DNA from: Oikopleura dioica | Taxonomy: Eukaryota > Animalia > Chordata | Direction of reading: 5' to 3' | Assembly (NCBI GenBank): GCA_907165135.1 | Contig: OU015568.1 | Location: 4,898,001-4,962,000, forward strand | Length of the DNA stretch: 64,000 nt | Part shown: one piece after another, positions 26,717 through 39,115 of the stretch | Layout: each line of letters begins with the position of its first letter | Numbering within the stretch: position 1 is the stretch's first letter | Made by a program: the position numbers and the translations under genes | The notes under the pieces: model-generated | What the model was told of the DNA's origin: nothing | Database searches by the model: none | The model's input: the letters and a program-made list of their open reading frames with translations, nothing else

Positions 26717-29175
26717 TTAATTTACGCAAAAGTCAGAAGAACTTTCAAATATAACAGGCATATAAGTGTAGCCATACGAATTTTCTGTTTGAGCAATGAT
26801 TTCGGTGCTGATGAATTCCTCTCCATCGAGATCGATTCGTTGAATAGTCATTGATTTGTTCTTTGCGTCTTGAGGGTTGAATGCGCCTCCAAAGAGGAAG
26901 ATGGACTCTCCAACTCTTATTGCTGAGGCTCCTCCCACTGCCTAGATGGATGTTTTCAAAACCCATTTTTAGTTAATCTTACATATTCAAGATTTCCAAT
27001 ATTATTCCACGTATCATCTTTCAAAAGCCAAATATCACTGTAGGTAAAGGCAGAACGCCATTGGCCTCCAATTACCAGCATGGATCCACTTGGTAGTCCG
27101 ATCAAAGAACTCCGTCGTATCTCGCTAAATAAATTCAATACGGAATTAAGAAAAAGACGCTTTGAATTACTGTGGAAAATCAGGAAGAGACTTCCACCCC
27201 ATCGAAGAATCGTATGTTTCTACTTTCATTTGTCCGTCAAATTCGCCTCCATAGCTGTCACCTACAGTTGTCGGTTGGCCTTTATAGAAGCCCAGTCCAG
27301 CAGTACCATGTGAATATTGAGTTCGGTAAGTTTGCACTGAAACTTCTGTATCGAAAATCTCGCAGTTTCTCTTCGGTTCCAATTTATTCTGAAAGCAAAT
27401 CAAGGCTTTGTTTCCGTCTTCGATCGCTAAAGCTGCAGAATAAACGCCCATTTCGTTATTCAGACGTGTCGAGAGCTCTGTAAAAACGCATCCATCGAGC
27501 CGCCCAATCTTATAATAAACTCAACCTTGTTTCTTACAAATTTTCGCTTACTTTATAATGATCGGAATTTCCACCGAAAATGTATAAGTTTCCACGGACA
27601 ATAGCAAAAGGAGACCATTTAGTAAATTCGTCGGAAGGGACAACTATATTCGACTCAACTATCGTTGATCCGTCTTCATGAAAGATTAAAGCCTCGTCAG
27701 GCATATAAGTAAGGGCCGATATATGAGTTTTGCTCTGAATAAAAAAAAATTATATTGGAACGCTCCTATTTGACCGTATACGCAAATTTATTATTTGAGC
27801 TTGATCGAAAAGTAATTGATACCATAAAAAATACTGATCATTGCAAAATCGCTCTTTATATAAAAAAGCACCCGCCTAAAACATGCTTTTTCTTAAAAAC
27901 TACATATTCGAAGGTCAAGAATCGTAAAATCGTGCAAATTTGCAGAACTTGCCTTCGGTGGCTCAGGCAACTCAGGGACAGGACAATCTTCCCAGACGTA
28001 GACAGTAGAGTCAATTCGACAGCGGAAGATCTCCGTTGCCCAGGAGCACGGGACATCGTTCCAGACAAAGGGGTTATTGTAATCGACTCCACCGCCGTTG
28101 ATCATTGTCGTCGCGCAGAATTCGTTATCATTATCAAAGTCCGGCTCTCCGGCTGCCCATGCAAAAATAGTAGCCTCTTCACCAGTGACCTTGGCCCATC
28201 CGCTTTTAAACTCGTCGTTTTTGACGATTCCAAGCCATTCTCGCTCGGGGTCTGGTCTATTTTGCCATTCCTCAAGCTCATTCTTATCGTTGAAAAATGG
28301 AAGGTTTCCACCAGCGGCTTCGCAATATTCTTGAGCTTTTGCTTGCTCGTTCGCTCTTATTTTGGCGATTGGCCAGGCGGTGCATGATTTCTCGTAAATT
28401 TGACCGCTCTGGCAAGCTGCATAGTACTTGCTGTTGCAGTCTTTTGGCCCGTCGGAAACTCCATATTTGACTTTTCCTCCAGGGCCGGCGCCGCCAAAAT
28501 ATTCTTGCACCCAACACTCCCCTTCAGCTGCTTGCCAGGAGTCGAACCAGACGTAGTTTCCAACCGTCATGCTTCTTACGATGCCTTTTTGCTGCTCGTA
28601 GTCTTCAGGATCGGCTAGCCACATGTCTTTGCTGAAGCAGTAGAGTAGCGCTTGATCGTATGACATCTCATAGTCAGAGATGTGGAAGGAAACATCCTTA
28701 TCGCTGTTGATCTTTAATTTTGCGACCCTTTTCATAGCGACAAGAGCGACCTGGATCGTCTCAAATATTGCTGGATCTTCGATGCAAGCATATGACTTTT
28801 AAATTTATCAAATATTTCCCCTTATTTTTGGACAGCTTAAGATAATTTGATGAAACTCTCCTGAGTCCAGCGATCAAGAATACTCGCAAGATTTCCGATG
28901 TTAGCGCCAGGGCTCACCTGAGCGTCAAAAACAGCATCGAAACCGACCGGTTCGTAGCTTGGGCTAGAGACATCGGAGTCGCAAACACCCTCGTCCTGGA
29001 ACCATCTCATCGCGTCTCTAACTTGATCATACTTTTTGATGAACCGGTTGGCAATGCCCTTCTTCTGAATCGACTTTTGAACTCGATAGGCAAAAATATC
29101 GCTCTCTGTCCAAAAATCAAGAGGCCCAGCCTCGCCGGAGCCAGCTAAAACTGACAAAAAAGGCAAAATTTTCAT
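26717..29175 (-). CDS. Secreted protein: signal peptide + two-Cys helical module + C-type lectin-like domains + kelch-like beta-propeller
   Basis: Signal MKILPFLSVLAGSGEA. CTL motifs WLGIVK, WAAGEPD, WNDVPC. Kelch-type YIFGG, LVIGG, FLFGG. A GA-AG intron (28860-28796) and a GC-AG intron (27952-27735) join the parts in frame. Confidence 0.75.
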
Positions 29176-29204
29176 TTCTCTAGTGCTCTGGTATGCAGTT
29201 AGCT

Positions 29205-29241
29205 AGAATGAATTCGATTGTTAAGTTTCCTTCTTTTTATA
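29205..29241 (-). promoter_or_regulatory. TATA box + Inr of the minus-strand lectin gene
   Basis: TATAAAA about 32 nt upstream of TCATTCT; the same arrangement is conserved upstream of the paralog at 41223. Confidence 0.6.
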
Positions 29242-30099
29242 GGAAAGTTTACTCCACGCTTTTTCCACCATGCTTTGTACCAACAACATAACAAGCTTTT
29301 ATTTGATAAAGGTTTGTAAAACAAAGCTATGGAAACATGTTTTTTTTTCTACCGGCCGGTTTTCGTAAGAAATTGTGGGGATAAACATTTTTTACAAATG
29401 ATTCGCATGGCAAAAGTTCATATCATAAAATTCTGACAATAGAGGAGTTGAAATCGACGAAGAGAATTGCTTTATACCTTCAATGCAAATATTCTTTGTC
29501 AAAGAAAATATTATCTATTTTTCTTTAAATGCGTAATCTATTCTGGCCGACAATCAGGATCAACAAGATGGTCACAGTCGGGCTCGCCGATTCCTTCTTC
29601 GTGCCGGTCATGATTTCCGAGGACGATTCCCATAGCGACTTAAAATTGTTAACAGCTAGAATCGCTAAAACGATACTTACTCATGGCATAAAGAAAGACA
29701 AGCCAGCAGATCGGGAGGATCAATGTACAAATATTCCTCATTCTTCTCTTTTTTTTCAATAGATTTTTGATTCTGAGAATAAAACAGACCAGAACCTGGG
29801 GTTTTGTGAGAGTAAACTGCGGTATTTCAAATAACGAGTAAATATCAAGCGCATCAAAATTTGGCCGCGCATAATTCTGATTCTTTCTTTTCTGCTTATT
29901 GATCAAAAATTCCTGAGAAAAGATGATCTCGCGGAGATTTTGGCCTGAAAACGGGATGAAGACGTCATGAGCAAGAAAATAATCTATTTTGAAGAAAGTG
30001 AAAACGTGCGTGCCGTGGCTCATTTATCAAAAACGGGACTTCTGAGCATGTCGACAACAGGAGGACTTGGACGATTTATGACCTACTCTTCCTTGTGGA

Positions 30100-31032
30100 T
30101 CACCAGGCTTGTTCAAAGCCTTCTACCGTATCTTCTTCTGTCGTCAAAATGTGTTAAGGACAAAATTTATTGCAAGATTATATAACGAAAAAATACAGAA
30201 AGAATAAAAATCAAAGAATCAAGCCTGCTTCTTTTGCTTTTTCAGCCATTTCGGTTTCTCTTCGATCTCGTTCGGCAACGGAAATTTGTGCTTCAATGGC
30301 GCTGATTTTTGATTTGAGAATGTTACAATTGTGGACTAGGCAGTTTTCGTCAAAGCAGTACTGGGTGTGTTTTCGGACGACCTTCGCAAACTTAAATTTT
30401 TGAAAAGGGGGGTTTCTGGCTATTTTTTCTTACATTTTTGCAGATTATACAGTTATTTGGCTCGTCGACGCTCCAGTGTGCTTTTGCATGGTCGATAATA
30501 ATCCTCATTCTAAAGAAAACAATCAATAAAAAGATCAAATTTGAAACCTAACTTGCAACAGCCAGGAAAGCCGCAGTTTCTGACATCGCAGTTCGATGTA
30601 TGTTCCAAGCTAAAAAGCGCCATTTCCGGCTCCTTGATAATTCTGTCTCCAGCGCTTCCCCCAGCGTTCAAAATTTCCATCTGAAGTTTTGCAAGTTCGA
30701 GTCTTCGTTCTTCTCGGTCGCGCTGGATTTCAAGCTCGACATTTTTGAACGATTCTGAAATGTGAAAAATATGATAAATAGGCACTTACACTGTACTAGG
30801 CTCGGGAATCTGTGTAGAAAACCTGAGTCAAGGTCAGGAAGGAACTAAAATTTTAGTCGCGTCATAATTACAGTCAGCCGAATCTATCCAATTCTTATCT
30901 TTTCTGACCCTGACTCAGGTTATCCACACAGATTGCTAGAAAGAAGAACTTACGCAAAATATCAGAAACTTTTCTTTGAAATTTTTTTGAATCCGGATTC
31001 GTCTCCCATTTCGCTTGCTTTTTCGGCGGCAT
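30100..31032 (-). CDS. Stand-alone TAZ (CBP/p300 TAZ2-like) zinc-finger protein with flanking coiled coils
   Basis: Spliced SLEHTSNCDVRNCGFPGCCKMRIIIDHAKAH...CIICKNFAKVVRKHTQYCFDENCLVHNC follows the TAZ2 His/Cys pattern (SLVHACQCRNANCSLPSCQKMKRVVQHTK...). Three GT-AG introns keep frame. The last intron (GC-AG) is uncertain; without it the ORF ends at 30211. Confidence 0.7.
30807..30934. mobile_element. Family A copy (no hairpins) in the first intron of the TAZ gene
   Basis: TIR AATCTGTGTAGAAAACCTGAGTCAAGGTCAG / CTGACCCTGACTCAGGTTATCCACACAGATT. Confidence 0.7.
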
Positions 31033-31542
31033 TTTGAAGCTCTCCCATTTTCATCCCTTTTCTCAAACACAACAAGATCCCTTCCCAGTGCTCTAGAAAA
31101 AAACTACGTTTGATAAATGAGTGATTGATTGATTTGCTGCTGACGCGACGAATTGCTGTTTTTTCGTTTTCCTTCCCATCTGCTCTTAAATTCTTCCTAA
31201 GGGCGGCTTTAACACCTCGTTCTTCTCCCCCCTAGCGGGTCCCCTTAAGAGTCGTTTCGAGAAAAAAATATTTACTGCGCTAGAATATTATTTCGTGTCT
31301 TTTTTTCTTAGTCGTCAGAGCAGCTGATTGAGAAGAAAAAAAAGCTACTAAGAACTGTCGGAAGTAGCAGAGCAAATTTACGACAAAGTAAAAGAAGGAT
31401 TTATTTTTCAACGAAAAAGCAAGAGCGAAAATGATGAAACAGAAACAAGTTCAAAAAGCAGAGAGGTTTGCTAGAGGAGCAATGAGAGAATTTGGGTTCA
31501 GGAAAAGGATGATGATTTATTACCCCAAGAATTACCCCTTAA

Positions 31543-32223
31543 GGGTACTACCTTCGATTTCCCAAGCTTTAACCTTGAATAACCCTTAACATGGCATGGA
31601 TAGCGGGTATCATATGGCCTCTAAAAGTTAAACTATCTTAGATCTTTAATCTGTCAGAGGCGTTTTTGAATTGCTCAATGAAAAGTCGGCTAATTTCTAG
31701 CTTAAAAATATCATTGTTGCAAAAATAGACTTAATAAACGGCGAAATAGCTCGAAAAGTAGCTAGAAAACTCAGCCTGATTTTATTTTTTATGTGTAAAT
31801 TGAACCTTCATCTTAAAAATGACAGAAGGTTTTCTTGATTGAAAAAGGAAAAATACCAAAATTAATTTTTTTAAAATTGTGTCTCTATGATTTTGCCAAA
31901 ATTGAGCATTTTTCAAAATTTGGCGACGCATTTTTGTCTCTAGAAGCTAAAATATCTTAGTTCAAGAATTTATGAACTCACCATAATCCTCATCTTGTTC
32001 TGAGCTTCAAAACGAGCCTTATTTGAAAGAATCGGACACCAAAAATTTTTTCGGAAAAAAATGCTTTCTAGTACAGAAATCAATTAAAACTCTAATTATT
32101 ATGAAAACGCTTGACGTTATGAATGAAACGTTCGGACCTTTTTTGGTCAAAATTTTATGAGGAATTCATTTCCGATGAAAAATTTAGCATAACCGGTCAT
32201 TGGGAAAATCGACGGTAGTACCC
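31543..32223. mobile_element. TTAA-flanked MITE (Kolobok-like)
   Basis: TIR GGGTACTACCTTCGATTTCCCAA / TTGGGAAAATCGACGGTAGTACCC; TTAA at 31539-31542 and 32224-32227. Confidence 0.75.
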
Positions 32224-32268
32224 TTAAATTACCCCTGATTCGATTGGGGTCCCCTGTGTTCGGCACCA

Positions 32269-32360
32269 TGAGTAGAAAACCTGAGTCAGAATCTGAAAGT
32301 TCTTTAGTGGAAAGTCGCGTCATTTTAGATTTTCAGAACCTGACTCAGGTTTTCTACTCA
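32269..32360. mobile_element. Minimal family A copy (92 bp)
   Basis: Perfect 21-bp TIR TGAGTAGAAAACCTGAGTCAG. Internal AGTCGCGTCAT is shared with the 30807 copy. Confidence 0.75.
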
Positions 32361-33060
32361 GGTTGCCTGTTCTCATGTTCACGGGTTAAGGGTGTCAACA
32401 ACGATTTTGCAAAAGTTTTGACTCTTACTGATTGGCACCTTTAAATTTATTTGAATAATTGCCTTATGTAAATTAATAAAAATTAAACTCTCTGATCGTA
32501 GTATTTTTCTATATTGAAACTTTATCCTTTCAAAAGAGGAATAGATCTCTTTTCACGATTAATGGTAAGTTTAAACCAAGATCAAATTTATCGGTTGTTC
32601 TAAAACGACATGTTTGATTCGGCCAAAAAAGACCATTTGTCGAGTAGTTCACCTGACAGCTCAGATAGAAGCTACGCAAACTGGTATTGAAAGCTTACGT
32701 GAAGTGTTATTCGAGTTGAAATAAGTGATAGTCGCGTTCTGACAGCCAGCAGACGCTAATTCATTATTTTTTTACATCTTCGTTGTACCCCTGACCGAGC
32801 GGAAATAAAACGAGATAGAGCTGAAAAAATGCCGCTAAGGAGAGTTTTATTGAACAAGAATATTCTAATTTGCTTTCTCTTCCAAAATGAAACTCAAAAA
32901 ATAGCGTTGTTCCGGAATGGTCCTGAGTTTCAAAATATAAAAAAAAAAATCCTGTCTTTTGAAACTGATAAAAGCCGCCTAAAAAATTTTACCGGAAACA
33001 AGAGTATGCTAGTCTGAAAAGATCAGTAGGGTTCTTTTCGTTTTTATCAATTTTCTTCTT

Positions 33061-33550
33061 CAGCAACAACGCTATCAAAAGAGGAAGCCACTAGAAGCTC
33101 CGCCCCAGCCACCAAAACAAGCAACTTCTCCAGTCGAATTCAAAGTCGTCCGAACAAAATACAGGTTCTTCCTGTATTTCGATAAAAATTCCCAATAAAA
33201 ATTTTCAGGATCGACAAAGTCGAGTCCGAGCCCCTGGAACAGCCAAAAATCTGCACCCCAGCGGATCAAAAAATTCTTGAAATCAAGGAAGAAAATGAGC
33301 TTGGAGAAGAAAAATTAAAGCAAATGATTGAAGATGTCGAGATTGACGACAAAATTCGCGCGAAATTTTCATCCGTCGAGGTAGGTCAAGGTATAGAAGA
33401 TAAATTTTGACTTTCCAGGACTGGATGGGAAAGAAAACTTCAAAAGTAAAGAAGTGGCTTGGCTCTTCTGAAGCGCGAAAAATCTCCTTCCTCGACCGCC
33501 AAAAAGTCAAAAGTATTCTACGGAGTGTCAATCGTCAAATCGAAGCCTAA
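33061..33550 (+). CDS. Hypothetical charged protein, last three exons (5' end unresolved)
   Basis: QQQRYQKRKP...VVRTKY | RIDKVE...FSSVE | DWMGKK...RQIEA* joins in frame over two GT-AG introns. Confidence 0.45.
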
Positions 33551-34515
33551 TCAAGCGTTATTTATTCTGTGAAAAATACACTGTTTCTTCACTGAAGACC
33601 TAGTTCTGTGCTTTTCTGCGTCAATAATAAGAAGTTTCTTATCTTCACACAAAAGAAAGTTCTATGACAGCCCAATCTGTCGGTTAATTCCACTTGATTG
33701 GCACCTGTCATCTTTTTAAGTCCTCGACCTTCGAATCAAGTCTATTTTTATCGAGTTCGTTCTAGATCCAATCTGCCGTTTTATCCAAGTTAAAGGGCAC
33801 CTGAGAATCATGACATTATTCAATAATGAATAGTGTACTTGATGAGCAGTTCAAGTTGAAAGGAAAATCAGGCTTTTTCTTGTGGACAAAAGTAAAAATT
33901 CATGGAATTGAGAAGAAACTGAACTGATTCGAAAGTGCTCGTGACTAAGTAATCTGAACGGAGACTACCTGCCAAGACAAGTTTCTTCAAAGGGCAACAT
34001 CATCAGCGCAAATTTAAAATTCAAGCGATGAGTTTCATATAAAACTGCGATTTCTTCGAAGTGATGCCAGAAAAATATCCAATTTAAAAACAACAATTAA
34101 AATCTGTGATGAATTTTGTCCAACTCCTGTCAATACTTGCGATTGAAACTGAAGCTTTTCCTTATTTAGGGCTGGTTCAAGAGTTAACTTAGTCGAAAGA
34201 GAAACAAGAAGTATAATGGAGACACCCTCTTTTCGGTTCAATATTTTTTAAACCAAGATAAAGATTACAACCAAGAAACCAAACAAATAGGAAGGACCGA
34301 TGTACCATCTTTAGTTGAAAACGAATGGATCCAACGACTGTCTTCCTCCCTAAATTTTAACAAGCTACGAGCAAGAACAGACCTCTTTTGATCACTTCAA
34401 CTAGAATAAACGAAAGATATTGATAATTGAACATGGATTTTTTATGATTTTTATTGTTATTTTTTCAAAGAAAAAGAAGGTTATTCCCTGATCCTCAACG
34501 CCTGAAAGGATTTTT

Positions 34516-34815
34516 TTAGCGGAGATCGAGGTTTCGTCGAAGCTGTTTTTCGGCGTTTAGCCTTCGAATGAGTCGATTGTATTTGTTAACGTCAAATACA
34601 ATGGGATGATCTGGATGGTATGTTCGAACCACGTGGTTGCTGAGGAAATCAGCAGACTCAGGGAAGTCCGAACGAATGTCGTATTCAGTCCATCGGCCAT
34701 TGTCGAAAAGATCCGGCTCTTCGAACTGAAATCGAAGATCCCGGTTGGATTGAGCGTATCGACTTGGGAAGGCCAAAATTGATCCGAGGAAAAAGATTGT
34801 AAGAAGTATTTTCAT
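34516..34815 (-). CDS. Small secreted protein (99 aa), unknown family
   Basis: Single ORF with a hydrophobic signal peptide MKILLTIFFLGSILA, upstream TATTTAAA, and dibasic RR sites near the C-terminus. Confidence 0.65.
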   Translation of the reverse strand: MKILLTIFFLGSILAFPSRYAQSNRDLRFQFEEPDLFDNGRWTEYDIRSDFPESADFLSNHVVRTYHPDHPIVFDVNKYNRLIRRLNAEKQLRRNLDLR

Positions 34816-35353
34816 CTCTCTTGTTGATTGAGCTGTGTTTTGAGTACTTGGCGGAGAGGTGTTTTTTAAATAGCTTCTTGGATTAAAGTTTTGGCAATTG
34901 ACATTTCCAAAAAGTATTCTAAGTGTTTCCTTTACTCACGATGAGTTTATTGCTCATTTTCCCAGACTACCGCTTTAAAATCCAGTTTTGACAGAAAAAT
35001 TCATGTTTGTAGACGTCATCTAATTATTCATCGCATTTTACCAAATTTTCATATTATCAACTCGGTTTTCTCTTCAAAAACCATTGAAAACACCCGAAAA
35101 GCAAATTTGGCAGAGGAAAAATCAATGTTGAGTAGAAAAATATGCAGTTTTGCATCTATTTTCCTCAAGAAAAAAACCGGAAACGGGAGATATCCTCTTC
35201 TAAGAGTGTTGAAAAGGTCATCCTCGGATCTTTCTGCCTGGCGAACGTGCATCTCGCGAGTCGGGCGTGTAATTGGCCCTTCGCTGCCATTTTGATGTGA
35301 TTTACACTTTTTCTTTAATCAAAGGCTAAGCCTATTCCACCTAACATGAGCAC

Positions 35354-35390
35354 TATAAAACGCCCGGTGCAGCGACTAGACGGCCATTCT
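35354..35390 (+). promoter_or_regulatory. TATA box + Inr of the CUB-EGF gene
   Basis: TATAAAA at 35354 and CCATTCT about 32 nt downstream. Confidence 0.55.
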
Positions 35391-35523
35391 CGGTTCACAA
35401 GACACTCGCTTCTACCCAAGCAGAGTGATTGTTGGCACAAACCGAGGCTTTCTTTGCGCTCTTTTTTTTAATAAAGATTTTGTACCTTTTTGAAGAAAAC
35501 TTTTTGATTTTGGAGAAAAAACG

Positions 35524-38500
35524 ATGAAGCTCGCTACGGGACTTTTAGCCACTTTGGGCGGCGTGGAAGCCCTCCGAGACCAGGAATTCTTCGGCGGATT
35601 TGTCAAAGAGTCCGACCTTCCCACCAACGAGACTGAGCAGGCTCAATTAGCTCTTGATGCAGCAATTGAGGCAGGAGAAGATATAACCGGCCTCCAAGGT
35701 CGAATCGGCGGTGATGGTAGAAATGCCGGACCCGTTGTTTTCAAAAACTGCGGTGTCACTAACCGACCAAGCGGTTTCCTTTCCTCTGACCATCCCTACA
35801 AGCCGGATACTGCCTGTCGATGGCGAATCGTTGGACCCAGAAACGCTCGAATGTTCGTCAAGATCTTAAAGATGGACATTGAGGAGGAGCGACCTTCCGA
35901 TTCCGCAACCTGCGGTCACCCAGGCAACCCCAGCCATCGACCCTGCCGACCAGGAGAAAACGAGCACTGCGAGTGGGATCATCTCCGATTCATCATCGGC
36001 GGCCGACCAACCAGAAAAATGTGCATGTACGTCAACAAGTTCAAGAAGTTCGCCATCCAGGCCAATGTTCCCAACAGCCCAGATTACTCCTACTTCTTCG
36101 ACAAATTCAGCTACGTCAGCAACCCCTGGTTCAACAACCCAATCAAGCAGGGTTGGTTCAAGGGAAAAGTTCTCGACTCTAACAACTTGATTGTCGAATT
36201 CAAGTCTGATGCCGGAGCAAACTTCTACGGATTCGATATGGTTTGGCGAATGATGAAGCCAGCTACGACTACAACCCCTAGGCCTGTTACCACTACCACT
36301 ACCACCGAGGAAGCAAGCACCGCTGCTGCCACTACACAGAAAGAAGCTACTGAAGCTGCTACAGAAGCCGCTAAAGAAGCCGCTACCGAAGCCGCTACCG
36401 AAGCCGCTACCGAAGCCGCTACCGAAGACGCTACCGAAGCCGCTACCGAAGCCGCTACCGAAGCCGCTACAGAACCCCCAACTGAACCACCAACCACTAC
36501 TACCACAACAACCACCACCACCACCACCACCGATGCTGATCAATGCGCTCTTGGCACTCACGATTGCAGCGCCAATGCTGACTGCATCGACTTGGAAGAC
36601 GGTTTCTCATGCGTTTGTCACGCTGGTTTTGGAGGTTCTGGACAGAAATGTTTCGATGTCAACGAATGTCAAAACGGCCAGAACGTTTGCTCGCCAAACG
36701 CTGACTGTAACAATCTTGTCGGTTCCTTCGAATGTGCTTGCAAACCTGGTTTCATGGGCAATGGCGTTGTCTGTAATGAAATTGACGAATGTGCCAACGG
36801 TTTGGACAACTGCTCGCCAAATGCTAGCTGCATGAATACTCGAGGAAGCTTCCAGTGCACTTGCAACGAAGGCTTCAATGGCGACGGTGTCAACTGCTTC
36901 GACAAGAACGAATGTGCTCTTGGCCAGGACAACTGCGACGCTGATGCTCACTGCATCAACACTGTCGGCGGTTTCGAATGCCAGTGCAAGAACGGCTTCT
37001 CTGGTGACGGTTTTACCTGCCAGGACATCAACGAGTGCGTCGTCGACAACCCATGCTCCGAACACGCTAGCTGCACCAATACCGATGGTGGCGTCCAGTG
37101 CGCTTGTCGAAAGGGTTTCTTCGGTAATGGCTTCAACTGCCGAGATATCAACGAGTGTGCAGCTGGAACTGATACTTGCGATCCAAATGCTCAGTGCTTC
37201 AACAAACTCGGTTCATTCGGCTGCGTCTGCAACGCTGGATTCAGAGAAGAAGGCGATGCTTGCGTTGACATCAACGAATGCACCCTTGGACTTGACAACT
37301 GCAGTAACAACGCTCTCTGCACCAACACGGCTGGTGGATTCGAGTGCGAATGCCGCGCCGGCTTCACTGGCGACGGAGAGACTTGTCTCGACATCGACGA
37401 GTGTTTGGATGAGTCCTCATGCGGTGGTACTGACTGCACCAACTTCCCCGGTGGTTTCTCTTGCGGCTGCGAAGAGGGTTTCTCCAAGAACGATGAAGGC
37501 GACTGTGTTGATATTGACGAGTGTGCCGCTGGAACCGATAACTGTGCGAACGAAGCAACTTGCACAAACACGAACGGTGGATTCCGATGCTCTTGCAATG
37601 ATGGATTCTCTGGAAACGGAAAGATCTGTCTCGATGTTGACGAGTGCGCCGCTGGACTTGACTCTTGCAACGCCGCTACTGAGACCTGTGTCAATCTTTC
37701 TGGAGATTTCCGATGCGATTGCGCTGCTGGATTCGTTTCTGTTGGTGGACAATGTGTTGATGACAACGAATGTGATGCTAACCCATGCGATGCTAATGCT
37801 GTCTGCTCTAACACTGAAGGTATTGCATGCCTTAAAATTATATTCTAGTGATATTCTAGGTTCTTTCTCCTGCTCATGTGCTGCTGGCTTCTCTGGTGAT
37901 GGATTCGCCTGCGATGACATTGACGAGTGCGCTGAGGGATCTGACAATTGTGACGCCAACGCTACCTGCAAGAACAACGCTGGATCCTTCACCTGTGAAT
38001 GCAATGCTGGATGGTTCGGAAACGGCCAGAGCTGCGCTGATGTCGATGAGTGTGCTTCCGATGATGCCTGCGATGCCAACGCCAGCTGCACCAACACTGA
38101 CGGTGGATTCGTTTGCGCTTGCAACGATGGCTTCACTGGTAACGGCAAAGAATGCGCTGATGTCGACGAGTGCGTGACAATGCAAGACAACTGCGACGAC
38201 AACGCTCGATGCATCAACACTGACGGTGGCTTCGAATGCGCCTGCAACTCTGGTTTCGTCGGCAACGGCCAATTCTGCCAAGATGTTGATGAATGCACTG
38301 CTGGTTCTCACAACTGCGATGCCAACGCTGAGTGCACGAACACCCGAGGATCGTTCACTTGCCGATGTGGAACTCGACTCAACAACTTCAACGACTTCAA
38401 GGGAAATGGTGTCACCTGCCAGGATGTCAACGAGTGCTTCCGAAAGACCGACAACTGTGATGTCAATGCCAAATGTACCAACACTGTAAGTCTCTTTTCA

Positions 38501-39115
38501 GTGCCTTCTTTTCATGTTCCTTTAGGTTGGTGGATTCGAATGCAACTGCCGACGAGGTTTCTTCGGTGACGGATTCTCTTGCTCTTCCGATGCTTCTACC
38601 GCCCCAACATCTCTCGATGATGGCAAATCTGCCGGCAAGATCAAGACAAAGAAGGCCAACGTTGGTATGCACAAGGCTAACATGGTCGATGTCCAGGGTG
38701 CTATGCTTACCGCCATCTCCCGAGTAAGTTTCTAGAATCGATTCAGAAGTAAAACTGCTTCTCTAGGTCACTGATGGTCGACGAGGAAAGATGACTTTCG
38801 TCAAGCGAGTCCGAGGAATGGCCCAGAAGGCTCTTGCCCGAAGACGAAGAAAGTGCCCACTCCGAGACAACCACGCTGTAAGTAATCTTCTATCAGACAT
38901 TTTCAACTCCAATTTTATGACTCAAACTCATCTTCTAGGCCTCTGCTCTCTCTGCTTTCGAGTCCGCCAGCCAGATCAGCGATGTCAAGGACGCCATCGT
39001 CGCCACCCTTGCCAACCGAACCAACGACACCCCACCCTGCCGCAACATCGAAAAACTCGTTGGCGCCAAGGTCAACAAGGTCTTCAAGCGACTCACCCGA
39101 CACACACGAGCCTAA
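35524..39115 (+). CDS. Secreted CUB + mucin-like + 16 calcium-binding EGF repeats + basic helical tail (fibrillin/fibulin-like repeats; extracellular structural protein)
   Basis: Signal peptide; CUB (CRWRI...FVKILKMDIE...CEWDHL...FKSDAG..GF); Thr/EAAT linker; 16 D-[IV]-[DN]-E-C repeats counted by hand. Four short GT-AG introns keep frame to ...RHTRA*. Confidence 0.9.
36343..36471 (+). repeat. Coding 12-bp repeat (GAAGCCGCTACC, EAAT) within the CUB-EGF gene
   Basis: About ten EAAT-like units, followed by a poly-Thr run. Confidence 0.85.

Noticed and set aside
29529-30023. Gene between the lectin and TAZ genes
   Set aside because: Coding-like fragments occur on both strands, but no consistent model could be built.
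1531-32360. TGAGTCA motifs as functional AP-1 enhancers
   Set aside because: All occur as part of family A repeat ends; there is no independent evidence of regulatory use.
33075-33531. Two minus-strand ORFs
   Set aside because: The plus strand gives three exons joined in frame by canonical introns; these ORFs are its shadows.
35866-38716. Long antisense and alternate-frame ORFs over the CUB-EGF gene
   Set aside because: Shadow ORFs produced by repetitive, biased codon usage in the real gene.
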